This document shows, piece by piece, positions 56,579-64,000 of a stretch of DNA of 64,000 nucleotides. The stretch's first letter is position 1, and each line of letters begins with the position of its first letter. Position numbers and translations under genes: made by a program. The stretch comes from Octopus vulgaris. Its lineage: Eukaryota. Under the pieces are notes generated by a model. The model made no database searches. It had not been told where the DNA came from and saw only the letters and a program-made list of their open reading frames with translations. The stretch lies in contig OX597825.1 of assembly GCA_951406725.2 (NCBI GenBank), forward strand, positions 35,402,001-35,466,000. The letters run 5' to 3'.

Positions 56579-56608
56579 TATTGAAAAGAGAAAATGAAAA
56601 CATACATA

Positions 56609-57321
56609 TTGGGTGATCCCATAAATAAGGCAGTTTTTTTATACTTCTTTTATTTTGCAACATTATGATAAACAAAGTTCTTTTTAAATCTAAAATATAC
56701 TCTCCTTCGTTTTGTACAATACTCTTCCATTTATCTGGTGGACTTGCAAGACCCCTCTTATAAAATTTACTTGTCAGTGACGAAAAATACTCTTCCAGTA
56801 CTGTTCTGATCTCACCTACAGAATTCATATTTTTTCCGTCCAAATGATTTTGAAGACTGCGGAGTAAATGATAACCAGACGGAGCAATGTCCGGCGAATA
56901 TGGTAAGTGGGGAATCGTTTCCCATTCAAACTGCCTCAACTTTTAGAATGTCATCCTCGCTGTATGTGACCGAGCATTATCCTGATGGGAGAACACCTTT
57001 CGTCTTGAAAGAAATCAAAGATGGTCGTTTTTCTTCTAGCGCTGACTTGAACGACTGGTTGAATGACCCAATCCAAGCTTCTCTGATCCCCATATACTGT
57101 ATTAATTTTCCCCGCACTTTCCGTTGCGTTGTTGCCTTTATTGAACTCATAAAGCAAAATATGCCGAATATGCTCCTTTGTCACTTCCATTATAGCTTTG
57201 AAAAAATATGTAAAATTACTACCAGCTTTTATAGCAAGTTGATGCAGGTAGTTTATCCTGTCCCCCTTCGACTTTTAGTTCATGCAATTGAAAAAAAAAC
57301 ATTATTTATGGGAAGACCTAA
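56609..57321 (-). mobile_element. Internally deleted mariner element with both TIRs
   Basis: TA|ttgggtgatcccataaataa..ttatttatgggaagacctaa|TA. N-terminus MEVTKEHIRHILLYEFNKG; C-terminus PHLPYSPDIAPSGYHLLRSLQNHL (YSPDLAP motif). Confidence 0.93.
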
Positions 57322-57621
57322 TACATACAGACATATATGGGTACGCGCACGTGCGTATGTGTGTGTGTGTGTGTGGTGTGTGTGTATGAGTGTGTGTGAG
57401 TCTGTGTGTGTGCGCGCGCGTGCGCGCACATGTATGTATATATACAAATACATAAGAAAGGCAGTTAGGAGATAAGAAGTAGATATGATATGATAGCATT
57501 GATGTATCTGTGCGTGTGCCTTCATATATATGTGTCTGTGCGTGTAAGGGAGGTCTCGTATGATATATACATATGTATGTGTGTGTGTATGTTGATAGAT
57601 AGAAAATAATAAATAGATAGG

Positions 57622-57677
<56 letters not shown>

Positions 57678-58306
57678 CAGACATATACTCAGACACAGGC
57701 ATGTATACATACATTCATATATATTCATACATAAATACATGCATACATACTTACATACATATGTATGGAGACAACTTGGAGCAACCGCTGTCTTGTTGAC
57801 GCCTATTAAGGTAGAAACACGAATCCTCCGCTGTCCGCTTATCTCCATACAATCAGACTATGGCTTACTTAATGGCACATCAGTTTTAGAGAATTCTCGG
57901 TTCTTTAGATTATATACCATTCTCATTTGAGTTGATCCTAGTTGCCACCAAGTGATTGTTCTATCCTCTCTGGAAGTGGAGACAGTGTTAACAAAATGTG
58001 AATTTATCTTGTATGGTATTTATTTATAATCTTATTCGTCTTCGTTATTCAAATCTGTCGTTGGTCTCTCTGAGTTACATCTTTTCTCTCGTTTTTTTTT
58101 TATTTACGCAAATTACCTACACCATATATCTCTCCTGCTCTTTTCTTTGTACATCTAAGCATCTCGTTCTACTATAGACAAGATGGAGAAACTGTTGCAT
58201 TTATTTGTGTTTGTGTGTATGCGTGTTTATGTGTGTACGTGTATGTGTGTGTTTATGTGAGTGTTTGTGTGTGCATGTCTTTGTTTATGTCTATTGTGTA
58301 ACAATG

Positions 58307-58343
<37 letters not shown>

Positions 58344-58669
58344 TTATCTATCTACCTACCTATCTATCTCTATATATCTATCACCAGTAGCAATACAACA
58401 CACTGCCATTACAAATCCTGTGACTTTTTAATGGCTATAAACAACAGCAATAATAGTAAGAACAAGATAAGTAACTCCGCCTTATTTTTACGTAGATCTA
58501 CATTGTATAAACAGGCATAAGCATCTTGTGTTTATTTACAATCAGCCTGACTGTATAGTTTCTCTTCAGCGTTCAAGTACGCTCTTTAACTGTCAAAAAC
58601 TGTTTATAAGCTCGCTATCATTATGGATTTAATTCTTTTGTGAAATACACAACCTGTTTCAGTAAATTG

Positions 58670-59656
58670 GCTTCAAATTGTGGCACAAGGCCAGCAAGTC
58701 CGGGGGAAGGGGTAAGTCGATTTCATTAACCCCAGTGTGCAATTGCTACTTATATTAGCGACCGTGAACAGATGAACGGTAAAGTCGACCTCGGTGGAAT
58801 TTGAACTCAGAACGAAAACGAAAAGACGGTTGAAATGCTGCAAAGCGATAGTGCCAGCTTACCGACTTTTATATGCATTTAATATTGGTTTCAAATTTTG
58901 GCACAAAGCCAGCAATTTCAGCCAAAAAGGTGAAAGGTAAAGTCGACTTTGGCGGAATTTGATCTCAGAATGTATAGTCGAACGAAATGCTGCTAAGCAT
59001 TTTTCCCGATGAGCTAACGATTCTGCCAGCTCGTCGCCTTGTTTCAGTAAATATTCTTTTCTACTGTAGGCACAAGTTCCGAAATTCTGGGGAGGGGACC
59101 AGTCAATTAGATTGACCGCAATACACGACTGATGCTTAATTTATCGACCCCAAAAAGATGAAAGGCAAAGTCGATCTCGGCGGAATTTGAACTCAGATCG
59201 TAGCGACGAGCGAAATACCGCTAAACATTTCGTCCAGTGTGCTTAACGATTCTGCCAGCTCGACGCCTCTTTAATAATGGTTTCAAATTTTTCCACAAGC
59301 GCAGCAATTTGGGGATAAGGAACTGGTTGATTACATCGATCCCAGTGTTCAACTGGTGCTTGTTTTATCGACCCCAAAAAGGATGAAAGGCGAAGTCGAA
59401 CCTTGTAACAGGCGAAATACTTATTTCTTTACTGTCCACAAGGGGCTACACACAGAGGGGACAGACATTGACAGACAAACGGATTAAGTCGATTATATCG
59501 ACTCCAGTGCGTAACTGGTACGTATTTAATCGACCCCCGAAATGATGAAAGGCAAAGTCGACCTCGGCGGAATTTGAACTCAGAACATAGCGGCAGACGA
59601 AATACTGCTAAGCATTTCGCCCGGCGTGCTAACGTTTCTGCGAGCTCGCTGCCTTA
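58670..59656 (-). mobile_element. Head-to-tail array of about five SINE family B units
   Basis: Repeated aaagtcga.ctcgg.ggaatttgaactcaga. Confidence 0.88.
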
Positions 59657-60297
59657 TAAATATTGAAAATAATGAAGAATTTATTCAAATAATTTTTCCA
59701 GTATTAAGCTGGTAACTTTAAACCTGCTCTTCTGAGGACACCTCTGGGTCTATGATAGAAGCTTTATGTTTTACAATTATCTAAATTAAACGATTCATTA
59801 AAATTTCATGCCAATTTATATTACAAATACTGGATTGACAACGACAAAGTTATTCTACTAAATCCTTCATTATTGTCAAAATAAATTGCCGCTTAGTCAT
59901 TAGCCAATGGCCATTGACTTCAAATGTGTATTTGATTAAATCAACTGAGGTATTTTCCCGCTACTTTATTCTTTTAGTCACAAGAATAATGAAAATCAAA
60001 GTCGATCGCTACAAGATTTGAATCAGATTGTAAACTAAGTAACATGTCACAAAGTGTTTTGTCCGATGCTCCACTGGTTCTATCAATCACTCACTGCCCG
60101 TATTAAACGTAGATTAATTATATGTATACTCTAATTGAAGTCATAAAGATTCATGAAATGGTTTCCGATAGCAAATCTTTTGTACATAGGCATTCAAATG
60201 AACTACAACATAACGAACACGTGCGCATGCATAGATACAAACACTCAAACACACACACTTACATACATACACACACACACACATACACATATGTGTA

Positions 60298-60368
<71 letters not shown>

Positions 60369-60515
60369 GCACGCACACACACACACACAAATAAACATTC
60401 ACACAAACATATACATACAGAAATAATCTCTCACTCTCTCTCTTTTTCCCACTTTGTCTCGCCCTCTTTCTCTCTCTTTTATACACACACGAAAAGACAC
60501 AAACAAATACACTTC

Positions 60516-60559
<44 letters not shown>

Positions 60560-61439
60560 AACTGAAACACACATAGTGGTATGCATTGTGAGCAAGTGTT
60601 GAGGAACAGAGAGAGAGGTGTGAGAGAAAAAGAGAGAGGGGGAAGGAGAAAAGAACGAAGTAGTAAAACTTTGACCAATGTTGAGTGTGTATAGAAACTA
60701 CGAGTAGACTTAAAATACACGGTGAACACTAGAAGTCCAATAAATTTAGGAATTTGACTGACTCTAAGAAACTAAATGTCATCTATTATGGTTTCAAGTT
60801 GGTGTCATGTTTGTAAATTGGGTAGAAATAACGTTTTGGATATCTTCCACGTTCGATTTTAAATATACGGCAGCTACAGTCGAGATGGAACAGGCGGTGA
60901 TGGTGTTGTTGGTGGTGGCGGTGATGGCGGAAGGTTTTTGAGGTTTGGGGATCTTTTTCGTCTAGGTGCTGCTCCAGCTTGACCACAGTCAAATGACTTA
61001 AGCGTTAAAAACAATTGGGTAGCTCAAACTCTATTATGCAATATGTTGGCGGCTGTGGCAGCGGCAGCGGTGGCGGTGGCAGCGGCGGCGGTGGCGGTGG
61101 CGGCGGTGGTAGTGGCGGCGGCAGCGGTAATGGTGCTGGCAGCGGTGTTGGTGTTGGTGTTGTTGTTGGTGGTGGTAGATGATGGAATTAGTTGTGACGG
61201 TGGTAGTCGTGAGACTCATGATGGTGGTGATAATGGTGGTGGGGTGTTGATGACGGTAGTCGTGGTGGTAGTGGTAGTAATACCAGTAACGGATGCGGTG
61301 GTGGGGAGAATGGTGGTACAATTGTGTTAGTTGTGGTGGCGATAGTGGTGATGATGGTGGTAATGATGGTTGTGATAGTGGTGTCAGTGGTTTTGATGGT
61401 GAAGCTAATGAGGATGGTGGTGAGGATAGAAGCAGTTAA

Positions 61440-61965
61440 AATATTGTCAGATAATGTGAATGAGTACTGATGCTTGTCCGAAACGTCATTTAGACAGGCA
61501 CAGATACGGATCTTCCCATTTGGCTTTTTAACGACCACGATTTGTGCCACCGACGCTGAGTAGTTCATCGGTTGCAAGATACCAGCCTCCTCTTGGGGCT
61601 CCATTTCAGCTTCGATAGTTGGTCGAGACACGCGTGGTTCTGGTCTTTTCGGTTTGAATATTGATCAGGCATTTGAATGCAAGTAAAGAACTTTCTTGGC
61701 TTTTTTGTGCATTCCCCCGCAACCATCTTTGTATACACGGCTTTATATTTCTTACGGAGGCTGTAGAAAATGTCATCCTCCGGTTTTTGTATAATTTTTG
61801 AGTTCCAGTGCAGCAGTTGCAAGGAATGCTAAATCCAATACATTGATTCAAATTCCTGCGACAAGACCATTGTCTGTAAACTATTTCCATTCAAAAATTG
61901 GCAGCAGTTTTAGTGGCATACATTTTTCTTCTACGCAGGACTCTGACCTTCCTGACAGGAAGGCA
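61440..61965 (-). mobile_element. Gypsy/Ty3 pol fragment (RT N-terminus)
   Basis: GILQPMNYSASVAQIVVVKKPNGKIRICA..LNDVSDKHQY. Confidence 0.85.
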
Positions 61966-62334
61966 ATCATTGTAGATATCGTGTTAGTGGCGATGGCCGT
62001 GGTAACAGTGGTTGTGTGTTGTGTTGTTTATGGCGATGGTGATGATGTTGTGGTGGTAGAGGCGATGGTGATAGTGTTAATGAGGTCTTTGACAGTGGTG
62101 ATGGTGGTAGTAGAGATGGTGGAGTTGATTTTGTTGTTGCTGTTTGTGTGGTGGTGTAAAGAGGGTTGTGATGTTCATGTAATTGATAGGAGTTGTTGTT
62201 GGTGGTGGTGGCGGAGATGGCGCAGCTGCTGCTACTCGTGTTGGTTGGGTGAAGTGATAACGATGATGTTTTGTGCAACGTAGCTTTTGAAGTTCGGAAT
62301 TTGAACAACTTTACAACACACACACACACACAGT

Positions 62335-62401
<67 letters not shown>

Positions 62402-62419
62402 ATGTGTGTGTGTGTGTCT

Positions 62420-62625
62420 GTAAAGTTAATCCAAACATGAAAACATAAAGAGAAAACACAACAACGCGCGAACGTTGAACAAGTATAGTGTTATTGGACG
62501 CTCAGGAAAGGAAAGAAGGAGGATTTAACGTTTCAGGCGGAGCTCTTCTTCAAAAACATACAAAAACGAAATGTCCAAGGAAGGGAAGACGGAAAAAGAA
62601 AATCGCAAACGATACACACGCGGTC
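62420..62625 (-). mobile_element. PLE pseudo-LTR-type repeat with decayed minimal HHR
   Basis: Minus strand at 62525-62553 reads tTGAAGA-a-gagc-tccg-cct-GAAAC-GTT-aaa. Confidence 0.6.
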
Positions 62626-62699
62626 ATATATATATATATATATTACGGGGATGTACTTGCATAGAAAGTGACCTGATCTGAGATCGTGTGCTGAAACAA

Positions 62700-62987
62700 A
62701 AACGATTGCGGTGAGGAAGGTGTTATAAGCCATTTAAAAACATACACAAACCGTTAGATTCACTTCAACATTTAAATTTGATTTGCCAAAATATTTTCGT
62801 CGCTTTGAGACCGTGACATGTTCACTGACAAAATTCCCTGCTGCATCACGGAATTTTGTCAGTGAAAAGGTCGCGGTCTCAAAGTGACGAAAATATTTTG
62901 GCAAATTGAATTTAAATGTTGAAGTGAATCTAACGATTTTTGTGATTTTAGATGGCTTATAAACACCCTTCCATGCTGCAATTGTTT
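62700..62987. repeat. ~140-bp-arm inverted repeat carrying variant HHR motifs
   Basis: The arms meet at 62837-62850. Motif: gtca-GTGAACA-n-gtcrc-ggtctcaaa-gygac-GAAA-atattt-tggc. Confidence 0.85.
62785..62829 (-). ncRNA. Candidate minimal HHR with G3:C8 core swap
   Basis: gtca-GTGAACA-t-gtcac-ggtctcaaa-gcgac-GAAA-atattt-tggc. Confidence 0.6.
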
Positions 62988-63299
62988 ATAGATTTATATA
63001 TATCACTCCTACCTGCATTCTCCCTTCTCCCTCTCCCTTCATCGTAACCCCACCCTCTTACACCCACTCCTACATACCCCACCACGCACACACTAGTACT
63101 GACCACTTCCCAGTCCCACACCATCATCTACACACCTACAGATACACACAAGCACACGTCAAGGTCACCAGCCCTCTTCCACAAGCACATACATGCTTTC
63201 TTATACACACGTACGCGCACCTTCGTTTTGGGATCACCACTACTTTATTATCTCCCCTTCTTCCTAGCTCTCCCGTATGACCCCTCTTTCCGGCATTCG

Positions 63300-63470
63300 C
63301 CATGATAGATTGCGAGCCACTACACATTCTTTATTTTCTCTCTTTGTTTCTTTCTGTGTTCCTCTCTATAGAAGAGCATAGGCTCGAAACGTTAAAGACT
63401 TTTTCACTTCCCGAGCGTTAAACCAATACATCTGTTTGTTGTCTACGCCTTTTTTGTGAATTCTCCCTAT
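63300..63470 (+). mobile_element. PLE pseudo-LTR-type repeat with HHR-like motif
   Basis: CTATAGA-a-gagc-atag-gctc-GAAAC-GTT-aaag at 63366-63397. Confidence 0.6.
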
Positions 63471-63484
63471 ATATGTGTGCGTGC

Positions 63485-63534
<50 letters not shown>

Positions 63535-63537
63535 AAG

Positions 63538-63618
<81 letters not shown>

Positions 63619-64000
63619 TTATCTATTCAGCAAGGATAACCTACAAAGCTTTGTAGTATGAGTATCTATAAGCACATTTTCTTTAGGATTTTTAAAATAT
63701 GAAAAAATAGAACTTATAGAAATAGTTTGGAATTAATTTAGGAAATATCTATTCAGGCTATAATAAATATTTTAAGTTACTTTCGAGATTATAAGAAAAT
63801 GATTGAGAGGCAAGAATTTCTTTTAAGTCTTCCAAGTTGATACTTTGAATTTCATTTTTTCCCCTCTTTTACTAGATTTGGCTTGCTAAAACAAGAGAAC
63901 GCTGAATATTGTTAGGCGTTTCCTCCACGATCTCGGGGTTGTGGTTTCGATTCTCGGATTCAACTGATTCAAAAATTATTATTATTATTATTATTATTAT

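Noticed and set aside
56900-57475. Longest ORF in the track (191 aa, + strand)
   Set aside because: It is the antisense of a mariner remnant plus microsatellite.
58670-59656. CRISPR-like recurrence of ~30-bp motifs
   Set aside because: These are tandem SINE copies with homologous intervening sequence, in a eukaryotic context with no cas genes.
61034-61430. GC-rich Ala/Val/Gly/His-rich ORFs (also 61970-62280)
   Set aside because: Low-complexity GGT/GGC repeats flanking a Gypsy fragment, with no recognisable domain.

Overview
AT-rich, microsatellite-dense eukaryotic non-coding DNA (intron or intergenic). The SINE families and repeat mix look like an octopod cephalopod (Octopus-like), which is my inference. 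I found no intact protein-coding, rRNA or tRNA gene; nearly all ORFs in the track are microsatellite translations. The window is a mosaic of decayed transposable elements: dozens of tRNA-derived SINE copies, R4/Dong-type, RTE and L1/Tx1 LINE fragments, Gypsy gag and pol fragments, mariner, Tigger and hAT MITEs, a non-autonomous Helitron, and Penelope-like element (PLE) remnants. The most notable signal is about 15 minimal type I hammerhead ribozyme (HHR) motifs, ranging from intact to decayed. Several sit at the centres of long fold-back palindromes, two sets form ~280-300 nt tandem retrozyme-like units, and two families appear to carry non-canonical cores (a G3:C8 swap and CUGUNGA). All calls were made by eye, so boundaries are approximate.
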